Shown: positions 37,560 through 50,855 of the stretch, piece after piece
Layout: each line of letters begins with the position of its first letter
Position numbering within the stretch: position 1 is the stretch's first letter
Assembly (NCBI RefSeq): GCF_006345805.1
Contig: NC_042998.1
Coordinates: forward strand, 174,964,001-175,028,000
Length of the DNA: 64,000 bases
Direction of reading: 5' to 3'
Origin: Octopus sinensis
Taxonomy: Eukaryota
Program-made: the position numbers and the translations under genes
Notes under the pieces: generated by a model
The model's database searches: none
What the model saw: the letters and a program-made list of their open reading frames with translations, nothing else
What the model was told of the DNA's origin: nothing

Positions 37560-38170
37560 CCATGTCACCTATTCTGACGGGAGTTATGTGTTGTGATTAT
37601 ATCCTGTTTTAATGGGTGATATGTCAGGTTTTAATGAAAGATGTATGCTGTGCTTATGTCATCTGTATTCATGGGAGATTTGTAGTGTTTATGTCATGTT
37701 TTAATAGTAGATATGCATTGTAATTTTGCCATATTTTAATGGGAGATGTGTCATACAGTTATATGATCTGTTTTAATGAAAGATAGATATTGTGCTTGGG
37801 GCATATATGCTTTGTAATTTTGCCATATTTTAATGGGAGATGTGTCATATAGTTGAATCATCTGTTTTAATGAAAGATAGATATTGTGCTTGGGGCATAT
37901 ATGCATTGTAATTTTGCCATATTTTAATGGGAGATGTGTCATACAGTTGTATGATCTGTTTTAATGAAAGATAGATATTGTGCTTGGGGCATATGTTTTC
38001 ATGGGAGATTTGTGTTGTGGTTGTGTCCTGTTTTAATAGGGGATATGCGTTATAGTTGCGTCCTGTTTGAATGAGAGATGTGTGATATAGTTGTAGCATC
38101 TGTTTAAATGAAAATATTTGCAATGGTCATAGAGTATATATTTAATTGGAAATGTATGCTGTAAATCAGT
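37560..38170. repeat. Minisatellite with 94-bp higher-order unit
   Basis: atgc(a/t)ttgtaattttgcc at 37713, 37807 and 37901. The sub-motif ttttaatgRRagat recurs from ~37080 to ~38170. Confidence 0.9.
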
Positions 38171-39474
38171 CTGTTTTAAACATTACTAACATTTGTAGAT
38201 TTTAGAATTTTAATGTTAATTATTCCTTTTTACATCCCCTGAGTACCTTAGGTACTATCCCCTATCTACGTAAATATTTTCTCAGGAGAGAAGCAAATGA
38301 CTTACATCTGAGCAGCACTTGTAATGAAAATGCAACAAATTAGTTGGAGGTTAAGGTTTAATGACTCTTCAGAGATTTCAGTGAAGAATATAAAAAAATA
38401 AAACCTAATATTAAAAAGATAAAATAAAAAAAAAAATTAGAAAAATATATTTTGAGAAGATTCTCACATTAGATATGTTTAGATGTGTTGTGTTTCTGTA
38501 ATGGCCTCTATCTCGTGACTTCAGTCTTTAATCTGTCGAGAACTTTTTATTATTTTTTTTATAGAACCATCACATGTCTGAATAAAGTGATATGAAAAAA
38601 GGAAGATTTGGTCCACTAATCTTCTGTTTGTCATTTTTGTTGCTTCAGGGACCCCAGTCAGCAGTTAGTGAAGTGAATTATGGTAGCAAATTAGAAATTC
38701 AAACCTACTTACTATAATAAAATTTCTAAGATAAATTTGTATGTTGTATGAAGAGGTGAGTTCTGAAGATTGAGGGAAGACATTTTTTTTTTTTTTTCTC
38801 ACAGGATGAAAGTGAATATGTAGTGGGATAATAAATGACTAAAGATTACAGTGATGGGAGAGAAGCTGAAGAGTGAAATAGTAAAATCTTAGAAAAAAAT
38901 AAAAGGAGAGAAAGAGAGGGGGGGGATAACATGGAGAGGGCTGAAATGAGAGAGCCATTTCTTCAAAGAAGAACCCTTCCTGAAATACGAGGATCACTTA
39001 TCCTCCTGGCACTTACATTTATCTTAGTTTATAAATTTTTGGTTTTTTTTTTTATTCTCAATGCAGACCATAACTAGTTTCTTTGGATTCTTTTGTTTTT
39101 CCTTGTTTCTTTCTCAGTATAGCAGACAGGATCTGTTTTGACTCTTCATTATAATTAATTTTATTGAAGAATTATAATTTGTAACCTAACTCCAATTTAA
39201 ATTATTTTTGTAACAAAATTCAATATATTGTATAAATTATTACAGGTTTAATCTATTGTAATTTATTACAATATATATATATTTTATTAGTTTATATCAT
39301 GTATTACAGTGTATTTTCATTATTTTATTGATTACAAAGGGATAAAAAGTCAAATTCAATGAGGATCCTCTTTGTGGTCACTTGATCTGATGGAAATAGC
39401 TGCAAAATCTTCACCTTATCATAAAAAGAAAGCCATTGGGATAATACGATCTTAAATACATATAACCATATATA

Positions 39475-39880
39475 TACATGTGGTTATGAAGCTCACTTTG
39501 CAACGGCATGGTTTTGGGTTCAGTCCTACTGTGTGGAACCTTGGTCACTTAGGCAAGTTTCTTGTACAATAGCCCTAAGATGGCCAATACCTTGTAAGTG
39601 AATTTTGTAGATAAAAACTTTGTGGAAGCTTACTCTCCCTCCTTCTCCCCTCTCTTTAGCGTGTTTGTCTTTGTATTTGTTTTCCTCCCACACTTGATGA
39701 CTGGTGTCGATTTGTTTGTGTCTCTGTAACCTAATGGTTCAGCAGAAGAGACCTATAGAATAAATAGCAAACTTTAAAAGAATCTAAGTACTGGGTTTAT
39801 TTGTTCAAATAAACCCTTCAAAGCTGTGCCTCAGCATGGCTGCAGTCCAATGACTGAAACAAGTAAAAGAAAAAAGAAAT
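39475..39880 (+). mobile_element. Old CORE-like SINE copy
   Basis: Diverged head, accttgg core and tgactgaaacaagtaaaaga tail. Confidence 0.8.
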
Positions 39881-40139
39881 ATCTAAAAACAAAAAGAGCA
39901 AAAGCTGGTATGATCATGGTTGGAATGTCTTTTGACCATAGGCTCTTATAAACTAGAGCTGACCTGAGGGCTAAGCAGCAACAAGCCAAATCCAAGTAAA
40001 ACTATAGCAAGTACAGATTGCTACCCAGCTCAGCTCATCTTTTGTACTGGCATCCACCCAGGATCCTGAGCCATCATCCTGTTTCCTCTGGTTAGTGGGA
40101 TGTAAAGAAAATAGTTAAATCTATTAAACTTCAGCTTAG

Positions 40140-40210
40140 AATGAAATTTATATGTTCCCGGATGTTAAGATTGATGACATTCATTTATTTCAGAAAGCAT
40201 TTGACATATT
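40140..40210 (+). CDS. Candidate exon NEIYMFPDVKIDDIHLFQKAFDI
   Basis: cttag| acceptor (weak pyrimidine tract), |GTATAT donor, protein-like open frame. Confidence 0.3.
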
Positions 40211-40658
40211 GTATATGATATTTCCTCTTGTTGGAATAATTTCTGAAAATATATTTTGAAAGTGAAATGGAGTAAACCAATTACTTGTTTGTTTGTATTT
40301 TTTGTTGTTGTTGCTTTTTTAGTATACAAACTTGTGGTTGTTTATTTGTTTAATGCTTTTTTTAAAATTAAATAATTAATGTTATTTTGTACCATTTTAT
40401 TATTCACCGTATTATATCATCTGAGAGAGAACAACATAGATAGATGTTAGGCCAGGTTGAATAGTTGATAGTATCTAAATTTATTGTCTTGTAATTCTTA
40501 GTTTGCTTCCCCACAAAAAGGCCAGTCGCAAAGATTGGTTTTTCCCTTTCAGCCCCCCAAAGTATTTTAGCTCTCAAAGTTTTGTGGAGAATTACTAATT
40601 CCCTACAAAGCTTCTGTGAAGCTTGCAATGGGATGCTACTCTTACATCTAAGATGCTG

Positions 40659-40698
<40 letters not shown>

Positions 40699-40930
40699 AC
40701 ATGGCTATTTAGACAAGTGGTCCCCAACATTTTTTTGAACCATGGACTGGTTTGATGCAAGACAATTTTTCCATGAGCTAGGTAGGGTATCATGCACATA
40801 ACAAAATGCAATAAACTGCATAATATATGTAATGATATATATAATACTGTACATTTTGATTAATAAATAAATATATATATATATATATAGATATATATAT
40901 ATATATATATATATATAGATATATATATAT

Positions 40931-41375
40931 ATCTACCAGCTATATAATCCCGTGCACAGATAAGTTTGAATGCCTATTTTCACTCCTAGACTGATCATAC
41001 ATGTTTCTCTATCTATCTAACTATTTTATCTGATTTCTATCTATTTTGTCTGATTTGTTCATTTCTCCTCTCGTTATATGATCGACCTTCGATTCGCCAT
41101 CTTGAAACCTGTTTCCTTTAATACACTTCCGCCTTCTCCAAAAATCCCTCTTCCGGACAACTTTTTACTTAGAAGGCAACCCACAACATGTGCTCTCTCT
41201 CTCTCTCTCTCATCTACCTCATCTACCAGCTATATAATCCCGTGCACAGATAAGTTTGAATGCCTATTTTCACTCCTAGACTGATCATACATGTTCTCTA
41301 TCTATCTAACTATTTTATCTGATTTCTATCTATTTTGTCTGATTTGTTCATTCTCCTCTCGTCTATGATCGACCT
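40931..41375 (+). repeat. ~155-bp direct repeat pair (40931-41088, 41221-41374) around a motif-rich spacer
   Basis: atctaccagctatataatcccgtgcacag...atgatcgacct occurs twice with few differences. Confidence 0.92.
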
Positions 41376-41639
41376 TTGTGTATCGCGGTGCACCCGCCCT
41401 GCCCACCCCCACCACCAATACCGGATATCTCTATTTTTGCTCCATCTATACCGGATGTCGCTTCTCCCACCACCATTATAGGTGTCTACTCTTCGAACCC
41501 CCCTCTTCAATACGCTATTTCACCATGCATTACCCCTCTCTTGATATCCTACGTTCTACTTGCCTACAACCTGTCATCATTTCTCTGAACCACCCCTCCC
41601 CACTGGTGCTCCCCTATATTCCTGCACCCCCCCCCACAT

Positions 41640-41885
41640 AAAAAAGCACCGTCCGAACGTGGCCGATGCCAGACCCCTCTGGCACCTGTGCAGGTGGCAC
41701 GTAAAAAACACCCACTACACTCGCGGAGTGGTTGGCATTAGGAAGGGCATCCAGCTGTAGAAACACTGCCAGACCAGACTGGAGCCTGGGGCAGTCCCTA
41801 TCTCCCCAGACCCCGGTCGAAACCGTCCAACCCGTGCTAGCGCGGAAAACGGACGTTAAACGATGATGATGATGATGATGATGAT
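41640..41885 (+). mobile_element. RTE 3'UTR fragment; further copies at 43965-44293 (+), 49590-49730 (-), 53138-53620 (+), 54010-54170 (+)
   Basis: gtggttggcattaggaagggcatccagctgtagaaac...ggacgttaaacgatgatgat. Confidence 0.88.
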
Positions 41886-42237
41886 ATATATAGATATATA
41901 TATAGATATATATGTATATATATATATGCATTTATATATGTATCTATGTGTGTGCCTTTGGTGTCTGTGTTTGTCCCCTCCCACTACTTAACATCCAGTG
42001 TTGGTTTGTTTATAGCCCTGTTACTTAGTTCAGTAAACGAGATCAATAAATTGAATACCAAACTTGAAATTTAAAATAAGTACCAAGGTAGATCTATTTG
42101 ACTAAAATCCTTCAAGGATGGCTGCAGTCCAACAACTGAAACAAGTAAAAAATAAAAGGTAAAAAAATTGTGACATGCTGATGAATGGGCATGCATGAAG
42201 ATAACTTGTAGGATTAATGCATTTAATACAAACACTA

Positions 42238-42650
42238 TATAATAATAATGAAATTATTGTATACAGTGCTCAGGTGCACCACAACTTGTCAAAAGTGCAT
42301 ATAAAGCATATGCAGTAATGTACAAATGCCTGGAAAGTGAACAGTGTATGAATCAGATACATGCTTGCGTGTGTATGGAGGGGAGAAAATCAGGTGTAGT
42401 GTTGGCGAATCTTAGGAAGCATGGAAGTTTTGAAGGATGCAGTGCTCCGACAACTAACAACTGATGCCGGCAGTTTGTTCCATACTTCAGCAACTCTTAG
42501 CGGGAAAAAATGTTTCCGAAAGTCATGGGAGCTGTGCTGTTTTCTGACTTTGTAAACATGTCCACGGGTGTTAGACAGGTGGAGTTTGAAAAGGTGCTCA
42601 GAGTTATTGTTAGTAAGATGATTAATAATTTTATGGGTGTCTGCTATAAA
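42238..42650 (-). mobile_element. CR1-clade LINE 3' end
   Basis: Minus ORF reads NTRGHVYKVRKQHSSHDFRKHFFPLRVAEVWNKLPASVVSCRSTASFK (CR1/L2 C-terminal signature), then a 3'UTR and (ATT)n tail. Confidence 0.88.
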
Positions 42651-45600
42651 AATGCTTATGTGTGTGTAAATATATTGCAATAAAAGTGCAGTCCTTAATG
42701 AGATCTCGAAGGATGAAGGTTTGTGCTGAATATTACTATAGTGAAAGAGAACAGGGTACAAAGCTGGTTTATCAATGAGTTTCCAGTGAAATTGGAACTA
42801 ATGCAACTAGTTGAACTGGACAAAAACTATTCAATATAAGAGGAACATTTATAGACAAAGTATCATAATCAAGCCTAAGTAGTATCAAATATATGAGACA
42901 GTCTTTCACACATGATATATTATGCTTATAATAATTTGTTAGTAAATTTCTTAGTAAATTGCTCCACAGCTCTTTTACCACCTCAAGGAAATACTCTTTA
43001 AATTACTTTCATATATACCTACAGCTGTTTTTTAAGTCTTTCTAGCTCTTTATCTCATGTGAGCTTTGTATGCATATGAGAACTTTGTGTTTGTATGCAT
43101 GCACATGTGTATGTGTGTGTGTATGTGTGGTGGGGAGACAGATTCTTAAGATTCTCTATCGCTGTCACAGATCCATGTATCAAGAAGAGGCTATGAAGTA
43201 ACTATGACTCATAGTTACTTTCAGAAAAAGAAATAAAAAAACAAAATCACTTATATCACTTCTTACATTATTTGCTAAAATATAGATATACACTGAATAA
43301 ATTGTTTGCCTTCTTTGTAGTAAGAAAAGCCCTACGAGCTACACTCCCACCACCAACAACAATAAGAAATGCAAAATTAGTGTTAAGCCAACAAAGTAAC
43401 TTCTACATGCTCTCTCAGCCTGCTAGAAATAGCAGTGAAATATTCCTTAAATCACACTCTACCATTCTAAAATATCTACTGCTGCATTAGTGAAATGTAA
43501 ATTTAGGTTCATAATGCTTGACCAAAATGGATGGGATGATCACATGTGGAGCATTTTAGTCATAGGTTTATTTTGTTGAAACTGCCCTGGATCAAAATGA
43601 AACAACTGATATAATAAATGTAAAAAGAATTCAATATATTTTAACTACAGTATTATCCTTTTAGCTAAATGTATTGGAAAATTTGAGCTTAACACGGGCA
43701 GGTGCTAACCCTAACCCTATATACCTGACTACTAGAAATAACAGCAAGATCTCTCTTGAATCACACCTTACCTAACAAATGTGCACAACATATTAGATAA
43801 TGTAGAGCTCTAAAAGAACGGTATGGTCACCCTACCCCTGACCACCACCATTAATTATAAATTGACTGTTGCTTCTGAATATGATGTTTTTATTTTAACT
43901 CAGTTCCATTAACTGCAATGATTCTGAAGGATTTCTTTGAAAAATGAATTTTAGTTGAGAATGGCCAATGCCAGCGCCGCCTTGCCTGGCATCTGTGTTG
44001 GTGGCACGTAAAAAGCACCATCCAAATGTGGCCGATGCCAGCACTGCCTTGACTGGCTTCTGTGCCGGTGGCACGTAAAAAGCACCAACCGATTGTGGCC
44101 GCTGCCAGGCTCCCCTGGCACCTGTAAAAAGGACCCACTACACTCACTGAGTGGTTGGCGTTAGGAAGGGCATCCAGCTGTAGAAACACTGCCAGATCAG
44201 ACGAGCCTGGTGCAGCCTCCTGGTTTCCCAGACCCTGGTCGAACCGTCCAACCCGTGCCAGCATGGAAAACGGACGTTAAACGATGATGATAATGAAATA
44301 CTATGTAACTCAACAGGCATATTCTAGAATCCTTCAAACTTGGGCTTTGTTAATACAAGTCCTTCTGTATCTATTCAGTTTGTTGTACTTCAAATTTATT
44401 GAAGCCTTTCATTCCCTTTAGAGCAAAGACCATCAACAACCTTTCTCTGCTATCCTCAACTCTGGGCTGTCTTTTCTACCTCCTCTGCCAGGTCTTATTG
44501 GTTTTGGATTATTGATGATCCTGCAACTTACTCTTTTCTAGGTAGGGATATTGGTCCTCTATAAATCCATTTTTACCTCTGGAAAGAGGTAACCCATATG
44601 TCTGACCTTTGACTAGTCCAGCACGGAAGTCCCTATTTGTGCTTCGCTGACATAGCTCCCAGAGTCATTGTGTCAGTTTGTTGTGCTTATTGTAAACTTT
44701 GGTGCAAATCTGTTACTGATTGAGCTTTTGGCAAAGATGTTTGTTTTACCTACAATAGTTTGCTATTTATAATGACTATAATTGTAATCTGAGGTATTGA
44801 CAGAAATAGTAGTGCTGTAGTATTTAGTTGTTGTTTTGCACCAGGTCAGCGCTAAATGAGTAAACTTCGCTCAAAAGCATTCTGGCCATAACTCTCCTTT
44901 CTTGTTTTGTATCAGGGATTACCATATTTTATGACATAAGATGCAATTTTTTTTCTAAAAAAGTGTCTAAAATATTACCCCTAGTCCTATATGTGAAGTT
45001 TGGCCTCTCATAGTCATTAATGCACTAAAAATTTGTTTTTGCTGAATATGTGCTATTGAAATTCGGGTGCTCTAATATACCTGTATGTCTTTTATGCTAT
45101 CAAATCCGATGCATTATACAGTGTGTCCTTCCTTTTTTGAAAGAATAGCATGGTTTTGAGGAAGATGTTATTGCTATTTCTAAGCAGGTAATGCAACTGT
45201 ATAGAGGCTCCCTATTGATTCATATATTTAGCTTTGGTGTTCATCTCATATTTTAGCCTTCTGTGGTTGATAAAGTAAGTAGCATTGATTAATTTTTACT
45301 AGTTATGGACAGGATTGTAAGTTAATAATTGTAATAATTTTTTTTTTTTTGGGATTTGCAAGATTCTTGATGTGAACTTGTGTTGAAACATTTTGTTGTA
45401 CCTCAGGAGGGTCATTATGTAAATCATAAACGCATGCATTGGTTCTTTTTAACTCCTTTTTTTTAATTACTAATTGATTTAGTTGATTAATCATTCAGTC
45501 TATCAATCAATCAATTAGGTTTAGCAAAGCCCATTTATAGCCATTTGCATTCTCATCAATGACCTGCTTTCTCTACTTTGACAAACCTAGCTGTTTGATT

Positions 45601-45859
45601 GATTGACCAAGCGATTAATCAAATAATTGAGTAGTTAATTGATTGAATGTTAACAAATTTAATAATATGAAGAGATGTGAAATAGAACCAGTGTGTGTGT
45701 GTTTATTATTGGCATTGTGACCTTCCTGAAATACAAAATTATATAATTTTTTATTCTCATTTGACTACAAAACTAAATCAATTACAGTGAGGCTAAGGCT
45801 ATAGTTGAATGAACAGACACCACTATATTACTGGTATTTCATGTATAAACTATTTTGAT

Positions 45860-46678
45860 ATGAAATTGAACTTGGAACATTGTAATAACAAACATTTTAC
45901 TCTTAAGTACCCGTAGTCTTGCAGTATCTTACCATAAGTGCCTACTAGGGTGTAGTGAAACAAATTGATATCAATATTTATGTTTTTAAGTCTGATATTT
46001 ATTCTTTTGACTTTCTTTTGCCAAACTGTTAAGTTATGGAGATGTACACAAACCAACACCGGTTGTCAAGTGCTGATGGGATACATAAACATACACACAC
46101 ACTCCCACATATGTACATATATACATGATGGGCTTCTACAGTGTTTCCATCTACTAAATTCTCTCACAAAGCATTGGCCAGTCCAGAGCTATAGTATAAG
46201 ACACCTGTCTAAAGTGCCATGCAATAGGCCTGAACCCTGAACCACACAGTTCCTAAATGAACTTCTTAACTGCATAGCCATACTCTTTACTCTTTTACTT
46301 GTTTCAGTCATTTGACTGCGGCCATGCTGGAACACCACCTTTAATCGAGCAACTCGACCCTGGGACTTATTCTTTTTGTAAGCCCAGTACTTATTCTATC
46401 GGTCTCTTTTTGCCGAACCGCTAGGTAACGGGGACGTAAACACACCAGCATCGGTTGTCATGCAATGCTAGGGGGACAAACACAGACACACAAACACACA
46501 CACGCATATATATACATATATACGACGGGCTTCTTTCCGTTTCCGTCTACCAAATCCACTCACAAGGCTTTGGTCGGCCCGAGGCTATAGTAGAAGACAC
46601 CTGCCCAAGGAGCCACACAGTGGGACTGAACCCGGGACCATGTGGTTGGTAAACAAGCTACTTACCACACATGCCTGC
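45860..46678 (-). mobile_element. Two tandem CORE-like SINEs: old 45860-46270, young 46283-46678
   Basis: Both match the family at 27040-27432 with different divergence. Confidence 0.88.
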
Positions 46679-47066
46679 ATCTCTATAAAAAAAATTTTTT
46701 TAATTAAAAAAGCCAAATGGTCATAATTGGAATGCCTTTGATCAGAGCTCTGCTCAGTCAGGGCTAACTTGGGGTACTAGACAGTAACTATCATTGACTT
46801 AACAACAATAATAAAGCACAACAACAAAAACAAAACATGTACTTTATTAACCTTATTTTTTAAAAAAAGATTCTTTATTTTAACTCTTTATCAGATAGAA
46901 AACATAAGAGGTATAAGAACTAGTTGGACAGGTTTTAAAGCAAACTTGTAAGCTTTTAAGTTAGATATACGTTCATAAATAAACTTGATATGTGTATGTG
47001 ACTGTAGAAGTGTGTGTGTGTGTGTGACCTTATGTGTACATATATATAATCACTTTTATATATGTT

Positions 47067-47114
<48 letters not shown>

Positions 47115-47863
47115 CATTACATACATGAATCTCCTGCATTATGTTGTTTGTTGTATAGTTTACATGTTGTTAAGTATTATAAGTATCTTGATGTATTTTT
47201 ATACTTTAACTTCATTTTTCTTATCCCACACTCACACACATCTATAAATATCAGGTCCAGAGCACTGTAACTAAAATAGTATTTATGTAATTATAAACTG
47301 ATTTTGCAAACTTTCATTAATTCTGCTCAGTGTACTAAAAGAGACCAACTACCTATTCAATTTAAAACACTAGGTTATTTTTGTTTTTCATATGCATACA
47401 TGCATATGCATACACATGTTTATATATGCATACACTCCACACACACACACATGTATATGTGCATTTGATTGTACAAGCAAGATAAAGGCTACACAAATGC
47501 AATAGTTAACTCTCTATTCACAGGTCATACTTCATACTGTTGCTATTCCAAGTTTCTTATTACTAGCATCATGAGGAATGTGTCTTTTATAAGTAAATGT
47601 TTTCTTGACTGCTATGTGAAATGAAGCATGTTGACATAAAATATCGTATTTGTAGATATAATGAAATGCAATAGATTTGAACTCCTGGTCATGAGGTGGT
47701 AGTTCACAACATTACCCACTTGGCCATTTTGTCTCTACTTATAACCAACAAGTTTAAGATAATAATGTGGAACTGAATTTCTGGTGATGATGTTGATGGA
47801 AATAAATGTTCATAACCTAAGATCTGTCTGTTTGTCTGTCTATCTGTCTGTCTGTCTGTCTAT

Positions 47864-49595
47864 GATGCTTAGGGGCATCCTGTGAGAGGAGCGTGTCTGC
47901 ATACACGGATGATGTCACCATCATAGTGTCAAGCGACAAACACATCGACCTGGTTGGCGAGACACTAAAAGAATACAAAGCGGTAGCAGGAGCAAAAATT
48001 AACCAGGAAAAGTCAGTGGGCTTATGGCTTGGCACCTGGAGAAGCAAGCCCTTACCATCCAACAGCGTCTCCATCGTGGGATGCTGGACCAATGGACCGG
48101 TTAAATTGTTCGGAGTCTGGTTCGGTCTGGACCTCCAAATGGAGAAGAACTGGGGTGAGATAACGACTAGGGTGGCCACTCTCACCCAGCAATGGGCTGA
48201 GAGGAAGCTATCCCTAAAAGGTCAGGCGGAGGTGGCGAACGTGTACATCTCATCCATCATCAATTACTGTCTAACCGTCGTGCCTTGTCCCGACCCTACC
48301 ATCACCAAACTGGAATGCATACTCTTCCGTTTTTTGTGGAAGGGAAGCATTCTGATGGTTAGGCAATCCATTTGCTGTCAACACCCGCTAAATGGAAGGC
48401 TAGGCATGACGAGGTTGATGATGCGCAGACATGCGCTGAGACTGCGACATCTCCAATGCTTCATAGACGATGGTGAACAGGTGTGGTCGCTGTTTGTACA
48501 GCGCACTTTCCCGCAGCTCGTTTCTTTGGCTGAACTGCAGTCATGGATCAAACAGAGACCAAGGTTAGGCGAATGGCACTGCGAGTGCTGCCTTGCTCTC
48601 AAGCAACTCTGCTGCCAGGGACCAAACTTGTGCAACTTTAACTCTACAAAGGTGTTCTATAGAGGATTAGTGGAGGGGAGGTGCGACAACGTTCTTGGGT
48701 AGAATCTGGGTGTCGACGAGGAACATCTGACCCGCCTGTTCAGGACAACTTTTGGGCTAGGATTTATGGACAATCACCAAAGATCCCTGGCCTGGCAGTG
48801 CTATCGAGAAGCATTACCTGTTCGAGATAAGCTCTACAGGCACGATTCAACACACACCAGACTGACTTGCCTGAGATGCGGTCAGAGTGACAAAATTGTT
48901 CTGCATGCACTTGTGCAATGTCTAACTATTTTGGACCTGTGGCTTATGCCAAACGGCTGCTGTCACATGTGGGTCGAGTCTGCCTATCGGCCGAGTCTAT
49001 CATGTAAATTGCTCCGCCACCTTCCCTTAACCAGGAAAGCAAGGCAGTCTTCATTGTATTGGTGGCCATGGTGAAAGAAGGTGTGTGGTGGACTCGAGCG
49101 AAAGGTTTAGAGACAAACATTTACCTCTCTGGCCAATCGCTCATCAACTTTTTCAAGTACCACTTGAAAAGGAAGGTAAGAATAGAGAGGCAAGTTTTGT
49201 CTTGTGAAAGTTTCAATAAAAGGTTGGTGAATGTAGCAAAGATGGTGCAGGCGAGTGATGAAACCACTTTGAGCATGATCTTGTAAATCGAAAGAAAGAG
49301 AGAGAGCACTTTGCTCTTATGTGTTTATTCCCTCCCTGCCTGAGGTTAGCGTGGTCTTTTCCGTAAGCTTTTCTTTCTACGGATAAACCTAATCTTGCTT
49401 TTTACACTTTTAAAATTTTTCTGTGACACACGATTCCTTTTGATTGGTTTTTTTTCCCTCTTTTTCATGATCCCTTTTGATCGGAATTTTATTTTTCTCT
49501 CTCTTTTTTTCTATTTTCGAAAATAAAAGCTCTACATTGTCCCCTCTGTGTTTGGCCCTGTATGGCTAATAGAGAAACTTTATCTATCTATCTAT
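47864..49595 (+). mobile_element. 5'-truncated Tx1/L1-clade LINE: RT C-half, zinc knuckle, T-rich 3'UTR, (TATC)n tail; pseudogenised
   Basis: SAYTDDVT...GAKINQEKSVGLWLG...KLFGVWFG...LSLKGQAEVAN; C-X2-C-X8-H-X4-C (CLRCGQSDKIVLHALVQC); stop at 48700 and frameshifts. Confidence 0.95.
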
Positions 49596-50541
49596 TGCCA
49601 TTATCTGTTTTCCATGCTGGCTTGGGTTGGATGGCTTGGTAGGCACTGGCAAGGCCAAGGGCCTCACCAGGTCCTATAGTCTGTTTGGCTTGGTTTCTAC
49701 AGCTGGATGCCTTTCCTAAGGCCAACCACATAGATAGATAAATAGTTTTATATGTATGTACATATTGTGTTTGTGTACCCTTGTCTGGACATCATATGAT
49801 GGCTTTAAATGTGCACATGTGGTTGTTTGTTTCCAGTTTTCCATAGAAAACATGGCTGGTTATGGGAAAATATTACCTTGCTTGGCAAAAGATGATGGTT
49901 GACAGCAGGGAGGGCATCAGGCCTTCGAAAATCTGCTTTAACAAATTCTGTCTGATCTGTGTAAGACTGGAAAAGTGAATGTTAAATGATGACGAATGAT
50001 AATGATGATAGCCACAGGACCTCAGATTTCAAGGGAGGGAGCAGTTAATTATTGACTTTTGAAAAATGAAGAACAAAAATAAACCTTAGTGGGAGCTCAG
50101 TGTATAAAGGAGTAAAACTAAATAATGGTGATGGAAATATTAAGAGTGGTTGCACTGGTTATGATAATGAAGTGATGGTAACTTGAAATTTAATGAAGAG
50201 TATTTAAGTTCCTTCTTTTGCCACAAGTATTTGTTTTACTCTCATGTGTATTTTATTACATGTGTGATGAAAGATTGATCAGGTTCTTATTTCATTTAGT
50301 ATGAATTAAATTAAAACTCTACTATTCTGTCTAGTATACATTCTCCCAACAGTACACCCAGTAATCTAACTCTAACATTGTATCAGTTGTAGTTGTTTTT
50401 CTCTATAAGTTAGTCAAATAACTAACTTGTTAAATGTCCTTTTACCAGTGTATTTGATACAGGTGATGTTCAGTTTGAGTGTCATTTGTCATTTGGTTTA
50501 TGCAGGGGGAAATGTAAGCACAGTGGAATGAATGTCTAGAA

Positions 50542-50855
50542 CAGTGGTTTTCAACCTTTTGATTATTATTTTATTGTTGTGAACCCTCATACCCATTTGA
50601 TGTTTAAAACCTAGTTTTGTAAGTAGTTCTTTCAAGATTCCACCTTTATTTTCTGCACCCTTATGTAGGCTGGACTATGTAAAACATTAGAAAAAGAAAC
50701 AGATGTTTCTTGCTACAAATACATCAAAATCAAAAATTTTCATGGACACTTAAAATGCTACTGTGGATCCCCAATTTACTAATATGCTAGTGTGGACCAC
50801 CAAAAATCTTATAGGGACACCTAGGAGTCATACAGACCCTGGTTGAGAACCACTG
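50542..50855. mobile_element. hAT-superfamily MITE with 8-bp TSD
   Basis: TIRs cagtggttttcaacc / ggttgagaaccactg; TSD gtctagaa (50534-50541) and gtctagag (50856-50863). Another hAT end lies at ~40712-40780. Confidence 0.92.

Noticed and set aside
43197-43210. 14-nt match to 28S rRNA near the R2 target (agtaactatgactc)
   Set aside because: Too short; flanks do not match rRNA.
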